Assembly (NCBI GenBank): GCA_016868305.1
Contig: VGHK01000006.1
Location: 2,573-66,572, forward strand
Length of the DNA stretch: 64,000 bases
Reading direction: 5' to 3'
DNA from: Betaproteobacteria bacterium
GTDB taxonomy: Bacteria; Pseudomonadota; Gammaproteobacteria; Burkholderiales; Burkholderiaceae_A
Made by a program: the position numbers and the translations under genes. Under the pieces are notes generated by a model that ran no database searches, was not told the DNA's origin, and saw only the letters and a list, made by a program, of their open reading frames with translations. Positions 54,128 to 63,836 of the stretch are shown here, in pieces. The first letter of the stretch is position 1; the number at the start of each line of letters is the position of its first letter.

Positions 54128-56199
54128 CCACTAAGCCGCTCACTGACTGGCCAGAGGCCTTTAGCCGGCTTGCGCTGCACCGGCCCATAGACCTGCTCCT
54201 GCATTTTCCTCTGCGTTATGAGGATGAATCGCGGGTAATGCGCCTGGCGGATTTTCGCCTAGGGGATTCGGGCCAGGCCCAGGTGCGGGTGGTTGATCAC
54301 CGGGTTGTCTATAAACCCAGAAGGATGCTGGTAGTTCAGATAGAGGACGCCTCGGACACGGGTCTGTTGCGTTTTTTGTATTTCCAGGAGTCGATGCGTA
54401 AGACTTTTCTTGCAGGCCAGCAGATCAGAGTTATCGGTCAGGCCCGACTGTCTGGTGCCGGGGAACTGGAGTTTGTCCATCCGCGTGTTCGGCAAGGCTG
54501 GCTCAGCCCTGAGGCTCTGGTCGATCAGCCCTTGCTAGCGGTCTATCCGACCACCCAGGGGCTGGCGCAGCATGTGATTCGCCGCGCGGTGGCCCGTGTT
54601 CTGCGCAAGGAATCTCCGCCAGAGTGGCTTCCCGAGACCTGGCGGCGGCAGGTCGGCGTTGCCCCACTACCTGAGGCGATACATCGACTGCACCTGCCTC
54701 CATCCCCCTTACAACCGGCCCTGATGCAAGAGGCCTGGAATCGGATTCGGTTTGACGAACTGGTCGCCCAGCAGGTTGCACTGCGGCGCGCCAGGGCCCG
54801 TCGTTTCGCCCACAGGGCGCCCTGCCTGAGCGGTTCTGGCGAGCTTGTCTCTCGGCTGCTGCAGTCTTTCCCATTTCCGTTGACAGAAGGCCAGCAAGAG
54901 GCCTGGCGACAGGTCCGCACCGATCTGGTACAAGACCGCCCCGTTCATCGGCTCATTCAGGGCGATGTCGGCAGTGGCAAGACCGTGATTGCTGCTCTTG
55001 CGGCTGCCCAGTCGGTCTCTTCGGGATATCAGGCGGCAGTGATGGCGCCAACCGAACTGCTTGCGGCACAGCTTTTTGACAAGCTCTCCTCCTGGCTGGC
55101 GCCACTGGGAGTGGAGATCCTAGGTCTCTGGGCCGCCATTCCGAAAGCCCAGAAGAGGCGGATACTGGCGCGGGCGGCTAAGGATCAGCCCTGTCTGGTG
55201 GTGGGAACCCATGCGCTTATTCAAAAAGACGTGCGGTTTGGCCGGCTTGGTCTGGCCGTGATTGATGAGCAGCATCGTTTCGGTGTCGCCCAGCGGATTG
55301 CCTTGCGCGAGCGGCTCACCAGCCCCGAGGGTCTGCGCTGCCATATTCTTGGCATGTCGGCCACACCCATACCGCGCAGCCTTGCGATGACTTTTCTTGC
55401 AGACCTTGATATCTCTGTGATTCGAGACCGGCCTGCCGGGCGCAAGCCTGTTCAGACCCGGCTCATGTCTCAGTCGCGGCGAGAGGAACTGCTCACGCGC
55501 CTGACGCATTTCTTGGACCATGAAGGACAGGCCTATTGGGTATGCCCCGTTATTGAAGAGCAGGAAGACACCGACCGGCCGCTCAAGGCCTTGGAAGAGA
55601 CTCAGGCCTGGCTTGCACCGGTTCTGGGTGATCGACTGGCGGTGGTGCACGGTCGCATGCGGCCAGACGAAAAGACCGCGGCGATGGCCCGATTTGCATC
55701 GGGTGCCGCCCGGCTGCTGCTTGCCACGACCGTGATTGAGGTGGGGGTAGACGTTCCGTCAGCCAGGCTTATCGTGATCGACCATGCGGAACGATTTGGC
55801 CTGGCGCAGCTGCATCAGTTACGCGGCCGGGTTGGTCGCGGGGAAGGGCAGAGCACCTGTATTTTGTTCTATTCCCCACCCTTGTCAGAGACGGCCCAGG
55901 CACGGCTCAAAGCGCTCTATGAGTCTGATGACGGCTTTGAGCTGGCCAATCGAGACCTGGCGCTGCGGGGGCCCGGTGAAATTCTCGGCATGAGACAATC
56001 CGGCGATCCAGAACTGCGCTTTACCGATCTTGTTCGAGACCAGGCTTTGGTGAACGCCGCCGTTACCTTTGGCCAGCAGATTGCCATGTCCTATGACGAT
56101 TCGCGGGCCTTGCAGGCGGTTGGTGTATCTAAGGAGGCTATCGATAGCCTTCTGAGCCGATGGGCTCGCAGAGCCGACGACGTACTTACCAGTGTCTAG
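54124..56199 (+). CDS. recG: ATP-dependent DNA helicase RecG
   Basis: [55 protein letters not shown]; TTG start. Confidence 0.97.
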   Translation: MTTKPLTDWPEAFSRLALHRPIDLLLHFPLRYEDESRVMRLADFRLGDSGQAQVRVVDHRVVYKPRRMLVVQIEDASDTGLLRFLYFQESMRKTFLAGQQIRVIGQARLSGAGELEFVHPRVRQGWLSPEALVDQPLLAVYPTTQGLAQHVIRRAVARVLRKESPPEWLPETWRRQVGVAPLPEAIHRLHLPPSPLQPALMQEAWNRIRFDELVAQQVALRRARARRFAHRAPCLSGSGELVSRLLQSFPFPLTEGQQEAWRQVRTDLVQDRPVHRLIQGDVGSGKTVIAALAAAQSVSSGYQAAVMAPTELLAAQLFDKLSSWLAPLGVEILGLWAAIPKAQKRRILARAAKDQPCLVVGTHALIQKDVRFGRLGLAVIDEQHRFGVAQRIALRERLTSPEGLRCHILGMSATPIPRSLAMTFLADLDISVIRDRPAGRKPVQTRLMSQSRREELLTRLTHFLDHEGQAYWVCPVIEEQEDTDRPLKALEETQAWLAPVLGDRLAVVHGRMRPDEKTAAMARFASGAARLLLATTVIEVGVDVPSARLIVIDHAERFGLAQLHQLRGRVGRGEGQSTCILFYSPPLSETAQARLKALYESDDGFELANRDLALRGPGEILGMRQSGDPELRFTDLVRDQALVNAAVTFGQQIAMSYDDSRALQAVGVSKEAIDSLLSRWARRADDVLTSV

Positions 56200-56205
56200 G
56201 AAACC

Positions 56206-57138
56206 ATGACTCTCACCGAACTTCGATATATCGTGGCTGTTGCCCGGGAGCGCCATTTTGGGCGTGCGGCAGAGGCATGTTTCGTAAGCCAGCCGACACT
56301 CTCGGTGAGCATTAAGAAGCTGGAATCCGAACTGGGAACACAGGTTTTCGAACGCGGTGGAACAGAGGTAACCATGACTCCGATTGGGGAACAACTGGTT
56401 GCCCAGGCGCAGCGGGTTTTAGACGAGACCAGCAAGATGAAGGGCATCGCCGAACAGGGCAAAGACCCGCTCACTGGGCCTCTGAAAGCGGGCGTGATCT
56501 ACACGATTGGCCCCTATTTGTTGCCCAAGATCGTCATGGCCCTTATTCGAGACCATCCTCAGATGCCGCTGATCCTTTCGGAGAATTACACCCTCAAGCT
56601 ACTCGAGCAACTCCGCACGGGGGAACTGGATGTGGCGATCCTTGCCGAGCCTTTTGACACCACCGGTCTAGAAGTCGTTCCGTTGTATGACGAGGAATTT
56701 CTGGTGGCTGTCCCCAAGGGTCACCCCTGGGGCAAGCGTAGGACCATTGCCTCTGTAGACCTGAAGCAGCAGACCATGCTACTGCTGGGCGTGGGGCATT
56801 GCTTTCGTGATCAGGTTTTAGAAGTCTGCCCCGAGGCCGCCCGGTTTGCCCAGAATACTGCCGGTATTCAGAAGACCTTTGAGGGGAGTTCTCTAGAGAC
56901 GATTCGACATATGGTTGCCTCTGGACTTGGCATCACCGTTCTTCCTCGCATGGCCATACCTTTTGATGGCAAGGACCCTATGCTTACATTCATCCCATTT
57001 GATGCCCCCGTTCCGATGCGCCGTGTGGTCATGGTCGCACGCAAGAGCTTTGCCCGGCAGACCGCCGCCCAATGCCTTAGCGAAGTCATTCTGAAGACCG
57101 ATCTCCCCGGTTGCATCAAGCTTCCTGTAAAGGCTTAG
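56206..57138 (+). CDS. oxyR: Hydrogen peroxide sensor OxyR (LysR family)
   Basis: MTLTELRYIVAVARERHFGRAA, GHCFRDQVLEVC redox Cys pair, GSSLETIRHMVASG. Confidence 0.95.
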   Translation: MTLTELRYIVAVARERHFGRAAEACFVSQPTLSVSIKKLESELGTQVFERGGTEVTMTPIGEQLVAQAQRVLDETSKMKGIAEQGKDPLTGPLKAGVIYTIGPYLLPKIVMALIRDHPQMPLILSENYTLKLLEQLRTGELDVAILAEPFDTTGLEVVPLYDEEFLVAVPKGHPWGKRRTIASVDLKQQTMLLLGVGHCFRDQVLEVCPEAARFAQNTAGIQKTFEGSSLETIRHMVASGLGITVLPRMAIPFDGKDPMLTFIPFDAPVPMRRVVMVARKSFARQTAAQCLSEVILKTDLPGCIKLPVKA

Positions 57139-57142
57139 AGAA

Positions 57143-58084
57143 ATGATGCAGAAATCTACACACCCATCCGCATCCAGCCCATCAGACTATCCATCCCTAG
57201 AGGCATCGGTAGGCAATACGCCGCTGGTTGCACTGCGTCGCATCGCCGGGCCGGAGCATGAGGCCCGAGGCAATATCATTCTCGGTAAGCTCGAAGGCAA
57301 CAATCCTGCCGGTTCCGTGAAGGATCGCCCCGCAGTCTCCATGATTGCCCGCGCCCAGGCGCGGGGCCAGATCCGCCCGGGTGATACGCTGATTGAGGCA
57401 ACGAGTGGTAACACCGGAATTGCCCTTGCTATGGCCGCAGCAATGCGGGGCTACCGAATGGTGCTGATCATGCCGGAGAACCTTTCGATTGAACGTCGTC
57501 AGACCATGAAGGCGTTTGGCGCGGAGCTCATTCTGGTGAGTCAGAAAGAAGGAATGGAGGGCGCCAGAGACCTCGCCGATGCCATGCAGGCCCGGGGTAA
57601 GGGTCTTGTGCTTAATCAGTTTTCAAACGATGACAACTGGCTCGCCCACTACGAAGGAACAGGCCCCGAAATATGGGCCCAGACGCAGGGGCGAGTTAGT
57701 CATTTTGTTTCGGCGATGGGCACCACGGGCACGATCACTGGGGTATCACGGTTTCTGAAAGAAAAGAACCCTCTTGTCCAAATTATCGGTGCCCAGCCAG
57801 CCGATGGGTCTTCCATTCCGGGTATTCGAAAGTGGTCGCCGGAGTATGTCCCCCCGATTCGCTCCAAGGCACATATCGACAGGATTGAAGAGGTGACCCA
57901 GGCGCAGGCCGAAGACATGGCTCGCCGCTTGGCCGCCACCGAGGGCCTCTTCTGTGGGCCATCGGCAGCCGGTGCCTGCCTTATTGCGCTGCGTGTTGCC
58001 GAACAGCTTACCGATGCCACAGTAGTCTTTGTCGTCTGTGACCGCGGAGACCGATATCTTACGACGGGGATATTTCCAGGCTAA
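57143..58084 (+). CDS. cysM: Cysteine synthase B
   Basis: KLEGNNPAGSVKDRPA, EATSGNTGIALA, MGTTGT, CDRGDRYL. Confidence 0.95.
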   Translation: MMQKSTHPSASSPSDYPSLEASVGNTPLVALRRIAGPEHEARGNIILGKLEGNNPAGSVKDRPAVSMIARAQARGQIRPGDTLIEATSGNTGIALAMAAAMRGYRMVLIMPENLSIERRQTMKAFGAELILVSQKEGMEGARDLADAMQARGKGLVLNQFSNDDNWLAHYEGTGPEIWAQTQGRVSHFVSAMGTTGTITGVSRFLKEKNPLVQIIGAQPADGSSIPGIRKWSPEYVPPIRSKAHIDRIEEVTQAQAEDMARRLAATEGLFCGPSAAGACLIALRVAEQLTDATVVFVVCDRGDRYLTTGIFPG

Positions 58085-58647
58085 CGCTTTTTCGCAGGTA
58101 GCTTTGTAGGCAATTTCACGGGCAACTTCGCGGGCAACCTCGCGGGCAACTTCGCGGGCAACTTCGCGGGCAACTTAGGCTGGGTCTTTTTCTGGGTGGC
58201 TTTCGTCGCATCAGGTTTTACCCGCCGGGTCGTTGGCTTCACCGCCGCTGTTCGGGCCTTTCTTGCCCTGGGCTTTTTGGCGGTGGGTGCCGGTTTGGGG
58301 GGCAGAATGGCGGCCATGGGAATCTGCTTTTCACCCCAGATATCTTCGAGCCGATAGTACTCCCGAACCGCCGGCTGCAGGATGTGAACCACCGCATCTC
58401 CACAGTCCACGAGAACCCATTCCCCGGTGTCCTCTCCTTCGGATCCGAAGACCTCCCCGCCATTTTGTTTGACCTTGTCGTGCACATTTTTTGCGAGTGC
58501 GCGCGTCTGGCGATTGGATGTTCCAGTGGCGATAATCACACGGTCGAACAGGTCGCTCAGCCCTGATGTGTCGCAGACCAGAATGGTCTGCCCTTTCATG
58601 TCTTCAAGGGCATCAACGATCACGTACTGCAGTGTTTCGATTTTCAG
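58081..58647 (-). CDS. rsfS: Ribosome silencing factor RsfS with basic repeat tail
   Basis: IVDALEDMKG, IIATGTSNRQ, EWVLVDCGD.VVHI, REYY.LEDIWG. Start inferred as CTG at 58647 behind AGGAGG. Confidence 0.92.
   Translation of the reverse strand: MKIETLQYVIVDALEDMKGQTILVCDTSGLSDLFDRVIIATGTSNRQTRALAKNVHDKVKQNGGEVFGSEGEDTGEWVLVDCGDAVVHILQPAVREYYRLEDIWGEKQIPMAAILPPKPAPTAKKPRARKARTAAVKPTTRRVKPDATKATQKKTQPKLPAKLPAKLPARLPAKLPVKLPTKLPAKKR
58097..58177. repeat. 12-bp tandem repeat (GGCAACTTCGCG consensus, ~7 units) encoding (K/R)LP(A/V/T) in the RsfS tail
   Basis: Units start at 58097, 58109, 58121, 58133, 58145, 58157 and 58169; the central four are near-identical. Confidence 0.95.
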
Positions 58648-58657
58648 AAGGCGCCTC

Positions 58658-59308
58658 CTAGGTGGGCTGGGAAGAGAAATAAACCTGATTTGATTGAATA
58701 TACCGCGCGACAGACGGGCTAACGGCCAAGGCAATGGGCAATCCCTGGGCAACGCGGCTTCGAATCTCTGTGGATGAGACCTGGTCTGCTGGAAACTTTA
58801 CCTTACGGATCTTGGCGCCAGCCTGCATCAGGAGTTCTCCCGCCTGACTATCGCCTTGCACTGGCTCGGGCCGCTGGCATACCGCGATGGTGAGTTGGCC
58901 AAGCAGCCAACGCCACTGCTGCCATTGGGTAAACGAAAGAAGCTGGTCTTCTCCAAGTATCCAGATGAGCGGCCGGCTGGGAAACTCTAACTGGAATGAC
59001 TGGACGGTTCTATAGCTGGGTGTTTCTTGGCCCATCTGCCCTGCCAACACCTCACGGTCATCCACGACCATGCGGCTATCTCCAAGGTCGCTTAGGGCAA
59101 GCCGCGTCATCGCAAGCCTGTCTGTGGCACTGGCGATGGCTGCTTTGTGCACCGCCCGCCCCGAGACGATCCAGCGTATTTCCGGCAGGCAAAGCTGTTC
59201 GGCCGCAGCCTGGGCCATCGCCGCGTGTGCCCGATGTACGGGATCGAATCGGCCCCCGAAAAGCCCGAGGGGCCGTTGATCGATACTCCGGGAGGCGGTC
59301 GCAGACAC
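58658..59308 (-). CDS. nadD: Nicotinate-nucleotide adenylyltransferase
   Basis: GLFGGRFDPVHRAH, WILGED, F..W..W, VSSTEIR; GTG start. Confidence 0.92.
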   Translation of the reverse strand: MSATASRSIDQRPLGLFGGRFDPVHRAHAAMAQAAAEQLCLPEIRWIVSGRAVHKAAIASATDRLAMTRLALSDLGDSRMVVDDREVLAGQMGQETPSYRTVQSFQLEFPSRPLIWILGEDQLLSFTQWQQWRWLLGQLTIAVCQRPEPVQGDSQAGELLMQAGAKIRKVKFPADQVSSTEIRSRVAQGLPIALAVSPSVARYIQSNQVYFSSQPT

Positions 59309-59340
59309 TGAGGTAAACGCGGGTAAACCGGGCGCCTGCC

Positions 59341-60819
59341 CTAAGGAAGCCCTAATGCGCTTGCGACGACGCCCAGTGATATGCAGATCAGCATGGTGAT
59401 GATCATTCCCATACGAAACTGCAGCATGAGAATAATTGCAAGTCCGGCAATAAGCCCGGCCACAAGGTCAAGCGTGCCTACAGAGCCCCACTCGCCAGTG
59501 GGCGTTGGCCACAAGATATAGCGAGAGAAGATAAGACTCAGGTCCGCCATGATTGCGACAACCGCCGCACTGATGGCGTGCAGCGGCAGAGACCAGCTGG
59601 GTATCTTTCTGGTTGCTTCAATGACTGGACCGCCTGCCATAACGAAAACAAATGAAGGAAAAAAGGTGGCTACTGCAACCACCAATGCCCCCAACGATCC
59701 CGCGACGATGATTGGGAAGGCGGTAAGGCTTGTGTGCTGTGCGGCCGCAATGAAACCCAGAAAGACGTTAACGATGGCAAGTGGGCCGGGTGTGACCTCT
59801 GCAAGCGCAATGCTGTCGATCAACTGCCCGGTTGTTAACCATTGTTTTTCGGTAACCATGGTGTCGAATAGGTAAGGCATAACGGAATAGGCGCCACTGA
59901 ATGTAAGGAGGCTCACCTTTATAAAGAAGCCAGCCATGTCAGCGAGGATGCCTGGGAGGTAGACGAGAATCGCACCGTAAAACGTGCTAAACAGGGCAAC
60001 GGCAATGCCCACGGTTATGCCAATCTGATTGCGAGAGTAACTCCCTTGGGACGGCGGGGGCGTGTCATCGGAGACAAAATAGCCATCGTCACTGGGGCCG
60101 AAAGCCTGTAGGGGGAAAGACGACCTGAGCCTGGAAATCCCGGGCTTTGCCATCAGAACTCGGGATAAGGCGGCCTGGAGTCGGCTACTTGGGCCTTGTA
60201 ACGCGGGTTGGGTGGTGAACAAAAACATGAGCCAGCCGATGAGCCCAGCCAGGGCCAGCGTAAACACGAACGATCCGCCAAGCTGCAATAGAAGAAAAGC
60301 GCCAACAGCAATAGCAATCCACACCCTCCCGACCAAGGCGCGGTTGGCAAGCCGCACCGTGGCTGCTAATACGATCGCGAGAACAGCGGGCTTGAGCCCG
60401 TAGAGCAGCGCCTGGATCTCGACCATATGACCATAGTGCACATATAGGCCTGCCAGTAGCATCGTGATGGCAAGAGAAGGAAGAATGACGAGAATCCCAG
60501 CGAAGAGTGCCCCTTTAACGCCATGCATCAGCCACCCAATGTAGGTCGCAAGCTGCTGTGACTCAGGCCCGGGCAGAATCATGCAGAAGTTCAGCGCATG
60601 ATTAAATCGTCCGGGCGATATCCACCTGCGCTTGATAACGAGTTCATGCTGCATGAGTGCTAGCTGCGCTAAAGGACTGCCGAAAGAAATCCAGCCGAGC
60701 GCGAACCAGAACTGAATGGCTCTGAATAAAGATACCGGCTGCGTGTTTTGTGCAGGAACCTCCGAGCGATCGCCTTGCTGCGGATGCCTAGACACAGAAA
60801 TGGAGCCGTCAGCGGCCAA
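59341..60819 (-). CDS. chrA: Chromate efflux transporter (long-chain CHR family)
   Basis: LGWISFG, LPGPESQQLA.YIG, FSGAYSV, AEVTPGP. Confidence 0.9.
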   Translation of the reverse strand: MAADGSISVSRHPQQGDRSEVPAQNTQPVSLFRAIQFWFALGWISFGSPLAQLALMQHELVIKRRWISPGRFNHALNFCMILPGPESQQLATYIGWLMHGVKGALFAGILVILPSLAITMLLAGLYVHYGHMVEIQALLYGLKPAVLAIVLAATVRLANRALVGRVWIAIAVGAFLLLQLGGSFVFTLALAGLIGWLMFLFTTQPALQGPSSRLQAALSRVLMAKPGISRLRSSFPLQAFGPSDDGYFVSDDTPPPSQGSYSRNQIGITVGIAVALFSTFYGAILVYLPGILADMAGFFIKVSLLTFSGAYSVMPYLFDTMVTEKQWLTTGQLIDSIALAEVTPGPLAIVNVFLGFIAAAQHTSLTAFPIIVAGSLGALVVAVATFFPSFVFVMAGGPVIEATRKIPSWSLPLHAISAAVVAIMADLSLIFSRYILWPTPTGEWGSVGTLDLVAGLIAGLAIILMLQFRMGMIITMLICISLGVVASALGLP

Positions 60820-61432
60820 GAAGATTCTCGATGTCTTGGCTGAGCTTGTCTACCGGGATATCGTGGGGAGCGACGAGCCTTAACTTGCCCCGCGGGTCGA
60901 AGAGATAAGCAAAGGTGGTGTGATCGATCGTGTAGGCCATAGGATCTTTGGCAGCCGACGAAGAGGGAACCTTTTTAAAGTAGACCCGAAAGTCCTTTGC
61001 GACTGCCTGGGTCTGCTCTAGGCTAGCCCGAAGCCCGACAAAGTCCGGGTGAAACGCAGCGAGAAACGCGGCGAGTGCTTCTGGCTGATCACGTTCCGGA
61101 TCAAGCGTGATAAACACGACCGACAGTCTGTCTGCCGCACTCCCGAGCCGCTCTCTAACCTCTAGCATTTTTGAAAGGTGGCTCGGGCAGGCATCCGGGC
61201 AATAGAGGAAGCCGAAAAAAACTATAACGACCTTGTCCTGAAAGTCGGCCAGAGAGGTGGTTTGGCCCTGCAGGTTTGGCAGGGAGAAACCCTGCCCCCA
61301 TTGCGCCCCGGTAACGTCCATAGAATGGAACTGCACGGGCTTAGGCGAACAGCCAAGTAACGCAGCCATGCTAAAAAGCACCACGAATAGAGACAGGGAT
61401 CGCTGGCGGAGACAATTAAGGTAGATTTTCAT
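60809..61432 (-). CDS. SCO1/SenC family copper chaperone (probable lipoprotein)
   Basis: LLGC lipobox, FFGFLYCPDACP (CxxxC), DPERD, IDHT. Confidence 0.92.
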   Translation of the reverse strand: MKIYLNCLRQRSLSLFVVLFSMAALLGCSPKPVQFHSMDVTGAQWGQGFSLPNLQGQTTSLADFQDKVVIVFFGFLYCPDACPSHLSKMLEVRERLGSAADRLSVVFITLDPERDQPEALAAFLAAFHPDFVGLRASLEQTQAVAKDFRVYFKKVPSSSAAKDPMAYTIDHTTFAYLFDPRGKLRLVAPHDIPVDKLSQDIENLLGR

Positions 61433-61519
61433 AGATGTGGTTATTTTACGATCCTCAACTCACACTCTTTCAATGCATCGTATCGGAGATGACTTCCGAT
61501 GGTACCCCGCGATTGAGAT

Positions 61520-62659
61520 ATGCCTATTCGAGCCCCCCGTAGGATTGCCGTGATTGGGGCTGGGGTTGCTGGCGCCTGTGTCTTGCGGGCAGTTGCACGA
61601 ACATCTCATGCCCTAGGCTTTGCGGACCTTAGGCTTAGCCTGTTTGAGCGGGCCCCTGGTCCGGCCGCTTCCGCCTCTGCGGTGCCTGTGGCTGTCGTAC
61701 ACCCAATGACCTCAAGAGACCACAACCTTGCCAGCCAGTTCTTTCTTGAGGGTGTCACCACATTAACCCGCTGGCTCGACGATCTCCAGGGTTGTCAGCA
61801 GGGCTGGGCAGACATGTCTGGGGTTGACCATCGAGAACCCCATGCCGAACAGACCGAGCGGCAGCCTGGTGGCTGGGTGCTGCCGATCGGCCTTGCTCAG
61901 GCATGCCTTCGCGATGCGCATGCCCATATGGCCGATCGTCTGCAACTACATTTCAACTGCGCTATCTTGCCCGTGGATCTGTCTGTTTTATTACAAACAT
62001 ATGATGCCGTAGTAATCTGTGCCGCAACCGACCGGCTCTTGCCGGATGCGGGCCTGGCGCTGCAGCCATTGTCGGGTCAGGTTTCCTGGGTGTCAGTTGC
62101 CAAAGGGCAGGATGCTATCCATAGCCAGATACCGAGAGTGGTATCGGGAGAGGGTTTTCTCACCCCTTTGATTTCCGGAAGGGTACAGTTCGGAGCGACT
62201 TTTCATCGTTCGGATTCCCCACCTTTGGTGTCATTAGCCGATCATCAGCGCAATATCGCGCAGCTGCGGCGGCTGGCGCCTGAGGTCGATCAGCGGCTTG
62301 CACCGAAGCCCGAGCGCTGCGGAGGCTGGGCAGGTACACGGTATGCAACCAGAGACCGACTGCCGCACATTGGTCAGCCGGTCTGCCCCACCGTCTACAA
62401 GGGCAAGACAGACAGATGGCAGCTGGCGCCTTCTGTTTCACAGTTGCATCAATTACCGCGCCATGACGGCATTTATGTATTGCTGGGCCTAGGGGCAAGA
62501 GGTCTGTCGACAGCAGCCCTAGGAGCAGAGGCGATTGCTGCCGAGGTCTTGGGAATTCCGCCCATCCTTGCACCGCGCATCTGTCGGGCGGTGGATCCGG
62601 GCCGGTTTGTTCTGCGCGAGCATGCCCGCGTAAACGCATGTCTAAAGCGGGTAGACTAG
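61520..62659 (+). CDS. mnmC: FAD-dependent oxidoreductase domain of MnmC (stand-alone, no methyltransferase domain)
   Basis: IAVIGAGVAG, EGFLTP, GATF, GTRYATRDRLPHIG, GLGARGLSTAAL.AE, AVDPGRF; the protein begins directly at the Rossmann motif. Confidence 0.75.
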   Translation: MPIRAPRRIAVIGAGVAGACVLRAVARTSHALGFADLRLSLFERAPGPAASASAVPVAVVHPMTSRDHNLASQFFLEGVTTLTRWLDDLQGCQQGWADMSGVDHREPHAEQTERQPGGWVLPIGLAQACLRDAHAHMADRLQLHFNCAILPVDLSVLLQTYDAVVICAATDRLLPDAGLALQPLSGQVSWVSVAKGQDAIHSQIPRVVSGEGFLTPLISGRVQFGATFHRSDSPPLVSLADHQRNIAQLRRLAPEVDQRLAPKPERCGGWAGTRYATRDRLPHIGQPVCPTVYKGKTDRWQLAPSVSQLHQLPRHDGIYVLLGLGARGLSTAALGAEAIAAEVLGIPPILAPRICRAVDPGRFVLREHARVNACLKRVD

Positions 62660-62666
62660 GGAGGCT

Positions 62667-63605
62667 ATGAATCTCCAGCAGCTGCGCGTTCTTCGGGAAA
62701 CTGTGCGTAACGGGTTTAACCTTAGCGAGGTAGCCCTTGCGATAGTGGGCTCTCAGTCTGGGGTAAGTAAGGCAATTAAAGAGCTCGAAGACGAACTCGG
62801 CGTAAAGATCTTTGTCCGTAAGGGCAAACGTCTGCTTGGGCTTACCGAGGCCGGAGCGTCCATAGTATCGCATGCGGAGAAGGCACTGCAGGAGGTCGAC
62901 AATATCCGTCGCGTGGTCAGTCGACTCGAAGATGCCGATTCCGGGCGTCTTGTCTTAGCAACCACCCATACCCAGGCACGCTATTCCCTTCCTGAGATCG
63001 TGCGCGCCTTTCGAAACCGGTTTCCAAAGGTGCAGCTCGCATTGCGTCAGGCGAGCCCCCCCGAGATTGCCGGTCTGCTCGAAACAGGAGAGGCAGACAT
63101 CGCAATTGCCACGGAGTCTCTGAAGGCCAATGCGCTTTTCGTGTGCTTTCCATTCTTTAAGTGGTATCACGGTGTCGTTGTTCCGAAAGGCCACCGGCTG
63201 GCGGTCAAGGCCGCTAAAGGCGAGCACCTCGCGCTTGCAGACCTCGGCCAGGAGCCGATCATCACCTACCATGCGGGTTTTACGGGGCGGACCATGATTG
63301 ACGCCACGTTTGCCCGAGCCGGTATCACTCCGCAGGTGGTAATGGAGGCACTCGATGCGGACGTTATTAAGGCCTATGTGGCTTTGGGAATGGGTATCGG
63401 CATTATCGCCTCGGTGGCCTACGATGAGGAGTCGGATCGCGATCTTTCTCTACTTGATGCCAGTGAACTGTTTGCCGAAAACACCACGGTTCTCGCGGTA
63501 CGCAGGGGAAGGCTCTTACCTGGCTATGCCATGCGATTCGTTCAGCTTTGTATTCGCGGCCTTTCCGACCAAGCCCTTCAGAGGGCGGTTCAGTCTGAGG
63601 GCTAG
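62667..63605 (+). CDS. cysB: CysB/Cbl family LysR regulator
   Basis: MNLQQLR...FNL, SQSGVSKAI.ELEDELG, ATTHTQARY.LP, IATE, GFTGR, DADVIK.YV. Confidence 0.9.
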   Translation: MNLQQLRVLRETVRNGFNLSEVALAIVGSQSGVSKAIKELEDELGVKIFVRKGKRLLGLTEAGASIVSHAEKALQEVDNIRRVVSRLEDADSGRLVLATTHTQARYSLPEIVRAFRNRFPKVQLALRQASPPEIAGLLETGEADIAIATESLKANALFVCFPFFKWYHGVVVPKGHRLAVKAAKGEHLALADLGQEPIITYHAGFTGRTMIDATFARAGITPQVVMEALDADVIKAYVALGMGIGIIASVAYDEESDRDLSLLDASELFAENTTVLAVRRGRLLPGYAMRFVQLCIRGLSDQALQRAVQSEG

Positions 63606-63646
63606 AATATTCTGCGCTGTCGAACTCTTCTGAGAAGGAAGTCCCC

Positions 63647-63836
63647 ATGGCTGAGACCCCAGGCAAACCCTCTTCTGTGCAGCAGGCCGTTGAGCCTGTC
63701 TATGGAGCGGCGATAGACAAAAAACCGTTTTCCATTTTTGAGTCTTCAGTCTGCCAGGGCCCGCGGTGAGCGAATCGCTATAGTGACCTGTTACGACGCC
63801 TCATTTGCTCAAGTGCTGATGCCCAAGCCAGGCTAG
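63647..63836 (+). pseudogene. panB: 5' remnant of panB (ketopantoate hydroxymethyltransferase), frameshifted and truncated
   Basis: SD plus ATG at 63647. Removing one T from the T5 run (63735-63739) gives KKPFSILSLQSARARGERIAIVTCYDASFAQVL, matching the PanB N-terminus; similarity ends near 63820. Confidence 0.72.

Noticed and set aside
58097-58177. CRISPR-like array
   Set aside because: The 12-bp units are contiguous with no spacers and lie in frame within rsfS; no cas genes are present.
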